DNA from: a virus
Direction: 5' to 3' (one strand)
IMG/VR virus record: IMGVR_UViG_3300037148_000025
Span: 25,415-89,414 of that record
Length of the DNA stretch: 64,000 nt
Made by a program: the position numbers and the translations under genes. The notes beneath the pieces are model-generated. The model was not told the DNA's origin. It did no database searches and saw nothing but the letters and a program-made list of their open reading frames with translations. Shown here piece by piece: positions 29,401 through 38,028 of the stretch; position 1 is the first letter of the stretch, and each line of letters starts with the position of its first letter.

Positions 29401-30287
29401 CTGTAGCAGATTCTGTTGACCCAAAGACAGGGGAACTTAGTTTCCAGAAGTTATTTTCAAACTGGAATAGAATTCCTTCTGAGGTTCGCAAGGAGATGTT
29501 TGGTAAATCTATAAGGGCAGGGGTGCTTCAGGATGCAATTTCTCAGGTGCAGAATGTTAATGCTCTTGGGACAATTCCAAATGCTACAGCAGCATTGAAG
29601 GACATTGATAAATCTATTTCTCAGATACTGGGCAACGGGGATATTACCTCATTACTAAAAGACCCAGAGCGTGTGAAGAATCTTGCCCAAGTTGTTGGTC
29701 CAGAAAATATGGCTGATCTTGGGAAAATGATTATGGCTAATCAGTTGAGAGAAGCCGCAACTACTGCGACTGGAGAAATTGGCGATAAGGTAGATACAAC
29801 AAAGCTATTAGATTTTGCTAAGTCTTTGAAAGATTCCCCAGAAGTAAAGGATGCATTTTTTAGACCTACACCGGAAGCAGTCGCAAATTACAATAAGTTA
29901 ATGGCCGGTCTTCAAAATGTGGATTCCGTTAAGAATGCAGTTAAGTATGGTATACTGGCTCCGTCTCTTGCAGTAGCTGGTGGTATGGCAGGTCATGCGG
30001 TTGGTTCCTATTGGCTTGGTCACACTTTGGCGTATACATTTGCTGGAGTGATGGCAACCATGGCGGGCGAGAGAGCACCAGTTGTCAAGAAAATCTTGGA
30101 AGATGTTGCTAACAGTCCTAAGATGTGGGGGGCGCTCAAGGCTCTTAATAACCCAACCCTGAAAAGCACGTTGGCTCCGGCTGTTGTTGGCACTATTGGA
30201 AAAACTTTTGGTGGTGGTGGGTTTACTAACACTACACCAAACAAGAGTGTCTATGCAGATGCTGCTAACTCATTAGGAGGAAAATAA
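26403..30287 (+). CDS. Large ejection/internal virion protein with inserted ADP-ribosyltransferase-like domain
   Basis: 1294 aa, helical, with hydrophobic segments. Insert HWS...FY...YD..DPL...IKQNGFDGY. Confidence 0.65.
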   Translation: MAGQQVVEKGPGYTVTGNPGGIDTVHTGSVMPGGEAQTPSSSLEGVSNPPNEGNVSDVTTPANEMQTGPSVDDNTFAANPSYKPNPEDSEFVSNPAYKQAEKPKPASELSQERNAAFAKGGVSGNAEGIGLGAAETVSGMGETPLKSIATLDDISYNLGEKAADTLGIKDPVKRAELHAALQPVLPTLPDFARAWLHEVAGDNEQASGPELLGQGISNIGEFILGDEALQALPYAVRLERAAKAMKTIQGSPRLANALRVGARITSLAALHGTEAGAVQGVQSELHNPGDQAAAWSSAKNMAITGGLLDAPMSAISSVIGKGGQAANTIDDLLSKVGEGTGAGEAGTDMRPVEHWSYKKGMKVTDPNATQIGNGAETKRPVVPGTQFYEPGVKEPQIQARPYKYSGQIDYNKMYDRDADPLNIQTQAQELTQKNGKPFGQNVEELIKQNGFDGYRSQGVVKSFAPVNVSPAYRDEKTAYSFVSPNVYENLGGIGDAQKQLSSKEQGLTKNLSQRLSGMLGLDAETKDSLGNWKDGAENSTTSRFDPSTDPDAVDYHTALMGRVTRQKAVMSFHPGEGDDSLFRFHVPSSEAGPASIAEVLDKNGIENRTLIPTPSGYDVVVSSTGGQLRDAVKQAAEETGAGKVLEQTGTEKMYGSWNDRAAGQENISARIAELEAKHPEWVKIRHAFETDPDSLELTKNLQFAEGKTSPPRSKSPVVPTRANVNSELASKVNDAFAPQREAAQEALNQGNDTISQAGEIGNDLARNAPTASEITQSAQKYAKDAHDALGTNYQAQAGAIKKAASGTTVDFAGSPLQKAAQTIAQGGQDSAAPLDQAFSVTRPGSAKANALVDALSDTEGTLGINDKGEPTQLTADHLLFYEKKINKLIRNTGWMTDEQNADRDIYFELKDGIHDTLQQLAEKSGKPDLVNQVTKMNTDYRNGIQPYQNADVKAALQGNSNNIAKRFMGGETSIKDIQAFRKAIGEESFGKFSDDSLQRTVADSVDPKTGELSFQKLFSNWNRIPSEVRKEMFGKSIRAGVLQDAISQVQNVNALGTIPNATAALKDIDKSISQILGNGDITSLLKDPERVKNLAQVVGPENMADLGKMIMANQLREAATTATGEIGDKVDTTKLLDFAKSLKDSPEVKDAFFRPTPEAVANYNKLMAGLQNVDSVKNAVKYGILAPSLAVAGGMAGHAVGSYWLGHTLAYTFAGVMATMAGERAPVVKKILEDVANSPKMWGALKALNNPTLKSTLAPAVVGTIGKTFGGGGFTNTTPNKSVYADAANSLGGK

Positions 30288-30697
30288 TGTTAAGACAAGA
30301 CGACTTTTTGAAAGGGCAACTCGTCATGTATGGCTGGAGAGCAGGGCACAAGTATGGTGGACACCTTGCTTCTACAGCCATAATGAACGTTATCGCAAAC
30401 AGAGTAAAACTTGGTTGGGGGAGTTGGTTAGAAGTTATTCATGACATGCCACTAAAGTCTGCTATCGTGGAAAAATCAGATGAGATGCCTTTGCTTTGGG
30501 ATCCCGTATTCATCAAACTTTTGCACGCAGTGGAAGGGGTGTTTGATTCCTCTTCTCCAGATCTTTCCAATGGGGCAGTTTATTTCGTAGACCTTGCGGA
30601 GCCAGTGACAAACCCGTGGTTTCAGGAGAAAATTTTAGATCATTTAGAAATTCACCGACGAGTAGCTGATCTTAATTCTTTAACATTTTTCGTGTAG
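30287..30697 (+). CDS. Cell-wall hydrolase (SleB/Hydrolase_2-like)
   Basis: AIMNVIANRV...DLSNGAVYF...PWF...LTFF. Confidence 0.6.
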   Translation: MLRQDDFLKGQLVMYGWRAGHKYGGHLASTAIMNVIANRVKLGWGSWLEVIHDMPLKSAIVEKSDEMPLLWDPVFIKLLHAVEGVFDSSSPDLSNGAVYFVDLAEPVTNPWFQEKILDHLEIHRRVADLNSLTFFV

Positions 30698-30720
30698 TAG
30701 TATTTTAATAGGAGATAAAA

Positions 30721-31191
30721 ATGGCAGAGCCTATCACATTAGCGGGTCTTGTACTCGTATATGAGATTGCGAAATATTGGGTGCCTGTGATTGCTCTGAT
30801 TTGGGGAGCATTTAAAGTAGTCACGTGGTCGAAAGAAACTTTAGTATATTTAAAAGAGAGAGTACATTCACTTAATGAAAGCACTAATGGCCTACGAAAA
30901 GATGTAGAAAACCAAACAAATCTTCTTGGTCAGAATTTATCAAAACAGACAGAAATTTTCAGTGATGGTATGGCAAAACAGACGGACATCTTTAGTAAAG
31001 GTACTGCGCAACAAACTGTTGCATTCGTTGCGGAAGTCAAGGAGTTGCGCAGTGATTTGAGGTCGTTTTTACTGCCCACACTTTTCCAGTCTATGCCCCA
31101 AGCGTCTGTGAGGGCGAAGAGTAAACCTACGGTGCAGAAGAGGTCCGCAGCAAAAAAGTCCAAGAAAGGGCTTGACAAGAAGTCTGTTTAG
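30721..31191 (+). CDS. Membrane-anchored coiled-coil protein (holin-like)
   Basis: N-terminal TM, coiled coil and basic C-terminal tail. Confidence 0.55.
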   Translation: MAEPITLAGLVLVYEIAKYWVPVIALIWGAFKVVTWSKETLVYLKERVHSLNESTNGLRKDVENQTNLLGQNLSKQTEIFSDGMAKQTDIFSKGTAQQTVAFVAEVKELRSDLRSFLLPTLFQSMPQASVRAKSKPTVQKRSAAKKSKKGLDKKSV

Positions 31192-31200
31192 TGCTACAAT
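31172..31200 (+). promoter_or_regulatory. Sigma70-type promoter
   Basis: TTGACA-N17-TACAAT with TG extended -10. Confidence 0.75.
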
Positions 31201-31237
31201 AAGAACATGATTGAAGTTCGGACCAAATCGGAGGAGA

Positions 31238-32446
31238 ATGAGTAAAGTACAGGATACGCAGATTTTGCAGCAGGACGCACTGGTTGAAGATATGCAAAAG
31301 CTTCTTCACAAGCATAAAACCGTAACCAGAGATTTTTACAGGCACCATGGTTCATTCCCGGAGAAGGTATGGAGTGAATCCTTTCCAACATTTAAGGCGT
31401 TTGTAGCAGCGGCTATTCCATCTCAGGAGGAAGAAGTTGTTGATAATAGTTTAGGAGCAAGTGATGAGGCTGTAAAGTCTTTTCAGTATGAAGATGTTCG
31501 ACGTTTACTTCGTGATGGTCCAAGGTCTACAGAGGCTCTCGCGGAAGCTTTGAACTGTTCTCCAGAGCGGGTAGTAGAAGCTATTGAAGAAATGAAAGAT
31601 CGCGGTGCAATGTTGTTCACCACAGTTGGCGGACTTCACAACTTGAATGAAAGTTTTCTGTTAGAACCGGGGAAGAGCGCAGTTCATGGAACCAAGGATG
31701 AGTGGACGCATATTTTTGGATTCACTACAGATAATCATTTGTGCAGCAAACATTCCCGTTTAGATGTTTTAAATGCAGCATATGACCATTTTGAGAATGA
31801 GGGTATTACTACTGTTTTCAATGCTGGAAACTGGATTGATGGGGAGGCTAGGTTTAATAAGACAGAGTTGATAACTGCTCCCGGAATGGATCATCAACTT
31901 GATTATCTTATTGATAATTGGCCTGTACGAGACGGAATTGAAACTCATTATATTGCCGGTGACGATCATGAAGGATGGTATCAGCAACGTGAGGGTGTAG
32001 AAATAGGGCGTTATCTTCAGATGAGGGCGGAAGAAGCTGGCCGTTATGATCTTAAGTACTTAGGGTATGGGGAGGCCGATGTTGAATTGCAGTTTGGCTC
32101 TGGTTCTTCTGTTATGCGCATTGTTCATCCCGGAGGAGGGTCGGCTTATGCAATCTCATATACTGACCAGAAGCGTGTAGAGTCTTATCAAGGAGGGGAA
32201 AAGCCTCAAGTTGAACTTGTTGGGCACTATCATAAATTCAATTATGGCTATCCGAGGGAAGTTCATACTTTACAAGGTGGATGTACTACTGATCAGTCCA
32301 TGTTTATGCGTAAGAAGAGGTTGCAGGCACATGTTGGATACTCGGTTGTTAAAATTAAGCAGGATGAGCACGGGGCAATTTCTGGTTTTGCCGTTGAATG
32401 GCACCCGTTTTTTGACAGGAAATATTACGAAAAAAGGTTTGTGTGA
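31238..32446 (+). CDS. HTH plus calcineurin-like metallophosphoesterase
   Basis: TDNH, AGNWIDG, GDDHE, HPGGG and GHYH motifs, with an HTH-like segment upstream. RBS GGAGGAG before 31238. Confidence 0.85.
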   Translation: MSKVQDTQILQQDALVEDMQKLLHKHKTVTRDFYRHHGSFPEKVWSESFPTFKAFVAAAIPSQEEEVVDNSLGASDEAVKSFQYEDVRRLLRDGPRSTEALAEALNCSPERVVEAIEEMKDRGAMLFTTVGGLHNLNESFLLEPGKSAVHGTKDEWTHIFGFTTDNHLCSKHSRLDVLNAAYDHFENEGITTVFNAGNWIDGEARFNKTELITAPGMDHQLDYLIDNWPVRDGIETHYIAGDDHEGWYQQREGVEIGRYLQMRAEEAGRYDLKYLGYGEADVELQFGSGSSVMRIVHPGGGSAYAISYTDQKRVESYQGGEKPQVELVGHYHKFNYGYPREVHTLQGGCTTDQSMFMRKKRLQAHVGYSVVKIKQDEHGAISGFAVEWHPFFDRKYYEKRFV

Positions 32447-32638
32447 TGCTGTAGAAAGGGGTACCGTGGGAAACGTAATGAGTATGCAAGCTATTCCACT
32501 ATCACTGGCTGTGCTATGTGTAAACTGTAAAATGGTTTCAGATGCGGTGTGGGCTTGTCCTTCATGTGCTGGAACCGTTCTTATAAATTTGGGCGGTATT
32601 TTGGATCGTGAGGAGAAATCCAAAGAGAGGAGCGATAA

Positions 32639-32821
32639 ATGATGAAAACAGTAGACTTTGATCCCCTAGCAAGCGTTGGAGACATTATTAAAGTTGATGG
32701 TCATAACTATCGAATTACTAAGAAAGTAAAAACAGCCATTGCTGTTGAGCGTTATTATTGGTTCGACAGGCTGTATGACTGGGTTAAAGAAATTGGGGAG
32801 AAAATAGTTGAATATCGTTGA
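32639..32821 (+). CDS. Small hypothetical protein
   Basis: RBS GAGGAG. Paralogous to the next ORF (DGH.Y...AV.RYYW/VRWYW). Confidence 0.55.
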   Translation: MMKTVDFDPLASVGDIIKVDGHNYRITKKVKTAIAVERYYWFDRLYDWVKEIGEKIVEYR

Positions 32822-33014
32822 TTTTCGTCCTAGTTCTCTTTTCTGTAACATTGATGTTCATGAACTATTCATACACGATGATGGTCATAAGTATATGCTT
32901 ATGGCAAGAGATGCTGTAAAAGTATATGCAGTACGTTGGTACTGGTGGAATAATATTTTGGAGAAGATTGCGAGGAGATTTTCAAGATATGCCAAAGAAG
33001 AATGTCAGGATTAG
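32808..33014 (+). CDS. Small hypothetical protein
   Basis: RBS GGGGAG. Paralogue of the previous ORF. Confidence 0.5.
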   Translation: MNIVDFRPSSLFCNIDVHELFIHDDGHKYMLMARDAVKVYAVRWYWWNNILEKIARRFSRYAKEECQD

Positions 33015-33504
33015 TCCAAAGTCGAAAGCAGACGGACCTAATCCTAAGGATGTTATAGGTAGTAAAAAAGTTTCATTGACAAAGCTTCCTGCAATTGCTA
33101 CAGCGTGGGGAGCAATGGCAATGATGGACGGTGCCGGAAAATACGGGCCGTATAATTTCAGGGATAAGTCAGTCCAAGCTAGTATTTATGTTGATGCGGC
33201 GAGGCGTCATCTAGATTGTTGGTTTGAAGGTGAAGAGTGCGCCAGAGATAGCAAGGTTCACCATCTCGGCCATGCGCTTGCTTGTATTGCTATACTTCTA
33301 GACACACAAGCAACCGGGAACTTGATTGACGATAGGCCGTTACTGTATGATGAGGATGGTAATGTAATAGACCCATCATGGTATGCGGATTTTTTAGATA
33401 AGTTAAGTGGAATTATCAAGGAGAATAATGCCAGCAAAATCGAAGGCACAAATAGGGTACATAATGACCCACCAAAAAGAGTTTGGAGGAAAGGAAAAAG
33501 TTAA
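32989..33504 (+). CDS. dATP/dGTP diphosphohydrolase (DUF5664-like)
   Basis: NPKD..G.KK, GA.KYG.YN.R, Y.DAA.RHL..W.EGE..A.DS..HHLGHA motifs. Confidence 0.85.
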   Translation: MPKKNVRISPKSKADGPNPKDVIGSKKVSLTKLPAIATAWGAMAMMDGAGKYGPYNFRDKSVQASIYVDAARRHLDCWFEGEECARDSKVHHLGHALACIAILLDTQATGNLIDDRPLLYDEDGNVIDPSWYADFLDKLSGIIKENNASKIEGTNRVHNDPPKRVWRKGKS

Positions 33505-33672
33505 GAAAGAGTGGCTTGATCCAACAAAGGGCAAAAAGTTACCTAAGAGGGTGAAAAATGGAAAAGCAGTCAAGTAAAGAATATTATGGACCATGGAGCC
33601 AGATTGAAGAGTGGGCTGGTAAGTTATGGGCAGGTAATTTTTTCTTAATGAAGAAACTAGAAGGAGATCGGT

Positions 33673-34464
33673 ATGGTAACACCAGCGGTAACACCAGTAG
33701 TCGTTACGGCGACAAAGGCGGCAGTAGTCACACCAGCAGCACCAGTAGCAGCAGTGGCTAGTCAGACATGGCTTCAAAAACACACTACACTAATTATTGT
33801 TTTTCTAGCTTTAGTCCTAGCAGTGTTTCTTGCTCAGAAATACTTTTCTTATGTTGACGGTGTGGATTCTAAAAAGCAGCAGGTTGCTCTTGCAACCCTT
33901 GCTACACAGAAGACTGCGACTGACCAAGCTTTGTCTCAGGCCGCTACAACCCTAAAGGACTATCAAACGGCATTAAATGCTGAGGTAGTGCAGAATGCAC
34001 AGCTTTCGGCAGCTATTTCTAGCAGGAATAAGGTATTGGTCCAGCAGCAGGCTACAAATGCCACGCTTGCTCCGACGGCTCTTGCAACACATTGGGCAGC
34101 GGACATTAATAAGCCTTCTACAGAAGTTGTCTCGAATATATCAGGGACAACTGTAACAGATGATGCGGCGATAGCAACTGTAAACCAACTTGATTCTGTT
34201 CCGGTTCTACAAGCAAACCTTCAATCGACACAGGCACAGGTGGACGATTTAAATGTGCAATCAGGAAAAGCATCGGCGTTAATTTTGCAAGGACAAACTG
34301 CGGTTACTGATTTAAAGACAGAGTTAGTAGATCAGACAAAATCATGCACGGCACAGGTAAATTCTCTTAAGGCTGCGGCCCGTAAGAGTCGTTTGAAAAC
34401 ATTTGCTTGGGGCTTTGGAACAGGGTTTGTTTCTGGATTGTTTATCGGTCTAAAAGGTCTATAG
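33673..34464 (+). CDS. Membrane-anchored coiled-coil protein (spanin-like)
   Basis: N-terminal TM, long A/Q/T coiled coil and C-terminal Gly-rich hydrophobic segment. Confidence 0.5.
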   Translation: MVTPAVTPVVVTATKAAVVTPAAPVAAVASQTWLQKHTTLIIVFLALVLAVFLAQKYFSYVDGVDSKKQQVALATLATQKTATDQALSQAATTLKDYQTALNAEVVQNAQLSAAISSRNKVLVQQQATNATLAPTALATHWAADINKPSTEVVSNISGTTVTDDAAIATVNQLDSVPVLQANLQSTQAQVDDLNVQSGKASALILQGQTAVTDLKTELVDQTKSCTAQVNSLKAAARKSRLKTFAWGFGTGFVSGLFIGLKGL

Positions 34465-34465
34465 C

Positions 34466-34494
34466 TTGACAGATAAGTAGGTCCGTGGTATAAT
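34466..34494 (+). promoter_or_regulatory. Consensus sigma70 promoter driving tRNA-Ala
   Basis: TTGACA-N17-TATAAT with TG extension. Confidence 0.85.
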
Positions 34495-34509
34495 GTTCTT
34501 AGTGGGAGT

Positions 34510-34585
34510 GGGAGTGTAGCTCAGTTGGGAGAGCGCAAGTTTTGCATACTTGAGGTCGCAGGTTCGATCCCTGTCACTTCCACCA
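34510..34585 (+). tRNA. tRNA-Ala(UGC)
   Basis: Cloverleaf with G3.U70, anticodon loop UUUGCAU, T-loop UUCGAU, A73 and encoded CCA. Confidence 0.93.
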
Positions 34586-34603
34586 AAACTATCAGGGAGA
34601 AGT

Positions 34604-34816
34604 ATGCATAAGCATGTTTTTGACACAAAAGTAGGTTACGAAATGCCGGGACCGCCCTATTACAAAATTCTTATATTTTGTAAGTGTGGTGTGTTTGAAA
34701 CATATGATGTCGTTAGTGGAGAAAGAGGAGCATGGGAAAACCAGAAGAGAATAAGTCGGTACGCTGTACGAGGGTTAGAGACAGGGAAATTCTCGGAGAC
34801 TACTACCGAGATTTAG
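34604..34816 (+). CDS. Small hypothetical protein
   Basis: RBS GGGAG before MHKH. CKCG motif. Confidence 0.45.
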   Translation: MHKHVFDTKVGYEMPGPPYYKILIFCKCGVFETYDVVSGERGAWENQKRISRYAVRGLETGKFSETTTEI

Positions 34817-34970
34817 CTAACAATTATGGTCACTATGTTCCCCATACTAAGAAGGATGGAACAGTAACTGCTCCTGCATTGCAATGGCCTTTCCATCCAG
34901 ACATTTCTGAGTATGAGAATTTGTAGAATTGGTATATGATACGCGTCTTTTACCAACTGGTATTATATAC

Positions 34971-35045
34971 TTCGGGTTCGTTCAATGGTTAGGACACCGG
35001 GCCTTGAACCCGTGAATCGGAGTTCGAGTCTCTGACCCGGAGCCA
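34971..35045 (+). tRNA. tRNA-Gln(UUG), atypical C33
   Basis: U1-A72, G73, CCA. Loop CCUUGAA and T-loop UUCGAG. Confidence 0.8.
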
Positions 35046-35067
35046 GAAAGGACAGCACGGAAGTTAA

Positions 35068-35143
35068 TCCGGGATAGCTCAATTGCTAGAGCATTCGCCC
35101 TGTAAGCGAAAGTGTGAAGGTTGAAGTCCTTTTCCCGGAGCCA
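35068..35143 (+). tRNA. tRNA-like gene, anticodon UGU (Thr) on an Asn/Gln-like acceptor
   Basis: Acceptor UCCGGGA/UCCCGGA-G-CCA. Anticodon stem UUCGC/GCGAA with loop CCUGUAA. Non-canonical D-loop (UGCUA) and T-loop (UUGAAG). Confidence 0.7.
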
Positions 35144-35146
35144 AAC

Positions 35147-35221
35147 ATACTCATGGTCTAACGGCATGATGCACGTCTCCAACACGTTGAGGTTAGGGTT
35201 CGAATCCTTATGAGTATGCCA
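35147..35221 (+). tRNA. tRNA-Trp(CCA)
   Basis: A1-U72, G73, CCA. Loop CUCCAAC and T-loop UUCGAAU. Confidence 0.82.
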
Positions 35222-35274
35222 AATGAACGAACGGTTAGTAGATGATTCAAGATGCCAAATTTTAAGGAGAAATA

Positions 35275-35643
35275 ATGTTTACATACAAACAAAGTACAGG
35301 TGAGTTGACCTTAAATAGTCAGCCATTTGGCAAAGGTTACAGTGGTATGCAGGGTGTTGGATATGATAATCCAGCAGAGCAATTCGTGAAGGATGTAGGT
35401 CCAATTCCAGAAGGTTTTTACACCATTGAAGGACCGCCTTTTAATACCACAGAACATGGTCCATTTGTCATGCGGCTAACACCAGATGCAGCAAACGATA
35501 TGGAGGGACGCAGCGGATTCCTTTGTCATGGAGATAGTGTTGTTCACCCCGGTGCGGCCAGTGAAGGTTGTGTCATTATGCCCCGCTTAGTTCGGGAGGC
35601 TATGTGGAGTTCCGGAGATCGCAGGTTACAGGTTATCGCCTAA
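35275..35643 (+). CDS. DUF2778/Tlde1-like L,D-transpeptidase-fold protein
   Basis: GYSG, GPIP.G.Y.I and GRSGFL.HGD......ASEGC motifs. Confidence 0.85.
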   Translation: MFTYKQSTGELTLNSQPFGKGYSGMQGVGYDNPAEQFVKDVGPIPEGFYTIEGPPFNTTEHGPFVMRLTPDAANDMEGRSGFLCHGDSVVHPGAASEGCVIMPRLVREAMWSSGDRRLQVIA

Positions 35644-35726
35644 CAAGTTGTCAGTAATAGTTTTGTAGAAAAAGCCCACTTCTAACGGAGTGGGCTGTGT
35701 TTTAGTCTAAAAGGGGGTATCAAAAT

Positions 35727-37592
35727 ATGAAAGAGTGGTCAAATCTTTCTAGAATAGTCTATCGCCGGACCTACAGCCGAAGGGATTCTGGAAGTTATGA
35801 GAATTGGGAACAAACAGTTGAAAGAGCGGTTGCAGGAAATGTAAAGGGACACAATGTTCCTGAAGAAGAGATTAAAGAACTAATCAAGTATGCGAATGAG
35901 CGCAAGGCTGGACCGGCAGGAAGAGGCTATTGGTTTTCAGGAGCGCCCGCGCAGGACAGGATTGGTGGGGCAGCTTTAGTGAACTGCTGGTTCTTCACAG
36001 CAGATGATTGGAACAACTTTGTAATAGCGCAGGATTTGCTCATGTTAGGTGGTGGAGTAGGAATGAGTGTTGAGAGCCAGTTTACAAGCAAGCTTCCAAA
36101 AGTAAAGAAAGATGTTCACGTAACTCACAAGGCAACTAAGGATGCGGACTTTATTATTCCTGATTCTAGAGAAGGCTGGTGTGAACTTACGCGCAGGGTG
36201 TTGGAGAGCTATTTTGTTACTGGAAAACCATTCACCTATTCTACGGTCTGTGTACGAGGATATGGGGAACCTATTGTGGGCTTTGGTGGTGTGGCGTCAG
36301 GTCCATTGCCTCTCGTTCGATTCGTTGAGACTTTGAGTGCCATTCTTGTTGCGCGTGGAGGAAAGCACGTTAGGCCGATAGATGCGGCAGATCTTCTTAC
36401 TGCTACTGGTGAGATGGTCGTGGCAGGAAACGTTCGGCGCAGTGCAATCATTATTCTTGGGGATTGTTGGGACAAGGAGTATCTAAAGGCTAAGCGTTGG
36501 GACTTAGGATCGATACCTACTCACCGTAGCTGTGCCAACTATTCTGTGATCTGTGAAGACATTGAAGATTTGCATCCCCTGTTTTGGAAGACCTACGAGC
36601 AGGGAGAAGCTTTTGGGATCGTCAATCGGACAGCAATTCAGAAGTATGGTAGAATGGGGGAACTGAAGCCAGATTCAGCCACAGGCACAAACCCCTGCGG
36701 GGAGGCTACCCTTGAAAATGGTGAGCCATGCAACCTCGCAGAAATTCCAATTTGTAATTTGGAATCTCAAGAGGAGTTTATCAAGGTTTCAAGGCTCATG
36801 TTGAGGTATACTAAGCGTGTGACCATGGAGAAATATCACCATGCTGTGACTCAGGCTGTCATTGAGCGTAACAGGAGGGTAGGAATTGGAATCACCGGAT
36901 GCTTGGCATCCAACCTATTCGTCCCAGAAGTTCTTGACAAAGCATATGCAGCAATTCAGGAAGAAGACCAAAAATACTCTAAAGAATTAGGAATTCCTAC
37001 TAGTAAAAGAACTACTTTATGTAAGCCATCTGGAACTATGTCAAAAGTTATGGATTGTAATGGTTATGAGGGTATACATGCTGCATTTAGTCGATACATA
37101 GTTCAACGTATACGTGTGGCATCCAATGACCCACTGATTCCCCGCCTGAGAGCAGCCGGACATAAGATGGAGCCGGTTCTTCTGTTTGATGGAACGCTTG
37201 ACCAGCAGACTCAAGTAGTAGACTTCTATGTGCAGGCTCCTAATGGCTACCCTGTAGCAGATGAAGACTGGAATACTTGGAAGCAGCTTGATACACTAAA
37301 GTTTGCTCAGAAGCATTGGGCAGACCAAGCAGTTTCTGTAACAGTCTATTATGAACGCACAGATATTCCTAAGATCAAAGAATGGCTAGCACAAAATCTC
37401 AGTTCTGTCAAGTCGATTAGTTTTCTATGCCACAGTGACCACGGATTTAAGCAGGCACCTAAAGAGGCAATCACGGCTGAGCAGTATCAAAAGATGTCAG
37501 CTAAGATTAAGCCGATTAAATTGGATGATGTTGGGGAGGGAAGTATGATCGAAGGTCTGGAGTGTAGTGGGGGAACGTGCCCTGTTCGCTAA
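35727..37592 (+). CDS. nrdJ: Class II (AdoCbl-dependent) ribonucleotide reductase, monomeric RTPR type
   Basis: RTYSR, NCW, VVAGNVRRSA, TNPCGE, PCNL, KPSGT and C-terminal CSGGTCPVR. Confidence 0.93.
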   Translation: MKEWSNLSRIVYRRTYSRRDSGSYENWEQTVERAVAGNVKGHNVPEEEIKELIKYANERKAGPAGRGYWFSGAPAQDRIGGAALVNCWFFTADDWNNFVIAQDLLMLGGGVGMSVESQFTSKLPKVKKDVHVTHKATKDADFIIPDSREGWCELTRRVLESYFVTGKPFTYSTVCVRGYGEPIVGFGGVASGPLPLVRFVETLSAILVARGGKHVRPIDAADLLTATGEMVVAGNVRRSAIIILGDCWDKEYLKAKRWDLGSIPTHRSCANYSVICEDIEDLHPLFWKTYEQGEAFGIVNRTAIQKYGRMGELKPDSATGTNPCGEATLENGEPCNLAEIPICNLESQEEFIKVSRLMLRYTKRVTMEKYHHAVTQAVIERNRRVGIGITGCLASNLFVPEVLDKAYAAIQEEDQKYSKELGIPTSKRTTLCKPSGTMSKVMDCNGYEGIHAAFSRYIVQRIRVASNDPLIPRLRAAGHKMEPVLLFDGTLDQQTQVVDFYVQAPNGYPVADEDWNTWKQLDTLKFAQKHWADQAVSVTVYYERTDIPKIKEWLAQNLSSVKSISFLCHSDHGFKQAPKEAITAEQYQKMSAKIKPIKLDDVGEGSMIEGLECSGGTCPVR

Positions 37593-37602
37593 ACAAAAAA
37601 TA

Positions 37603-37654
37603 AAATACCCCATGTTAGAAGAATGTAACAAACTTCTGACATGGGGTATTTTTT
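37603..37654. terminator. Bidirectional terminator between convergent genome arms
   Basis: AAAATACCCCATG...CATGGGGTATTTTTT with A and T tracts on both sides. Confidence 0.85.
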
Positions 37655-37662
37655 GTGTTTAA

Positions 37663-38028
37663 TTAGTGGTTGATTATCTCTACTACAGTTAACGAGTCTT
37701 TAAGTTGTCCGTAAACATTTGGGGAGACATTTACACACCCCATGGTCACGTTTCTTCGTTGGTCAGGGTCGCCGGAATTTAACCGTTCTTTACGATGCTG
37801 TGCTGGATTACGTAACCACAGTCTGTGAATGGCATATACCCTATCCGGTAATTCGTTGAATACCAGAATGTCTCCACCATATCCGGGAGCCTTAGTCAAT
37901 TTGTGTACCACAGAGAAAACCCCAATTGGCGTTGATCTGCCTACCAGAGCCGGGTAGCAGACTTGTTGCGACTGCTGCGGGGTTTGAAAGCAAATCAGCG
38001 CCGAATAGAGTAGAATCGTGGCAAACAT
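37663..38028 (-). CDS. Exported L,D-transpeptidase (YkuD-fold)-like protein
   Basis: Signal-like N-terminus, ALVG..TP.G.F, and YAIH...TMGCVNV catalytic His/Cys motif. Confidence 0.75.
   Translation of the reverse strand: MFATILLYSALICFQTPQQSQQVCYPALVGRSTPIGVFSVVHKLTKAPGYGGDILVFNELPDRVYAIHRLWLRNPAQHRKERLNSGDPDQRRNVTMGCVNVSPNVYGQLKDSLTVVEIINH

Noticed and set aside
32989-33504. 2-aminoadenine (Z-genome) or 7-deazaguanine pathway
   Set aside because: No PurZ, DpdA or Que/FolE genes were recognisable in this window, and DUF5664 alone is insufficient.
34982-35185. Minus-strand ORF, and the 5' part of ORF 34550..34816
   Set aside because: These overlap tRNA genes and are spurious.
35727-37592. 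Intein or intron in NrdJ (also checked RecA and primase-helicase)
   Set aside because: Lengths are normal and no intein C/S...HN motifs or interruptions were seen.
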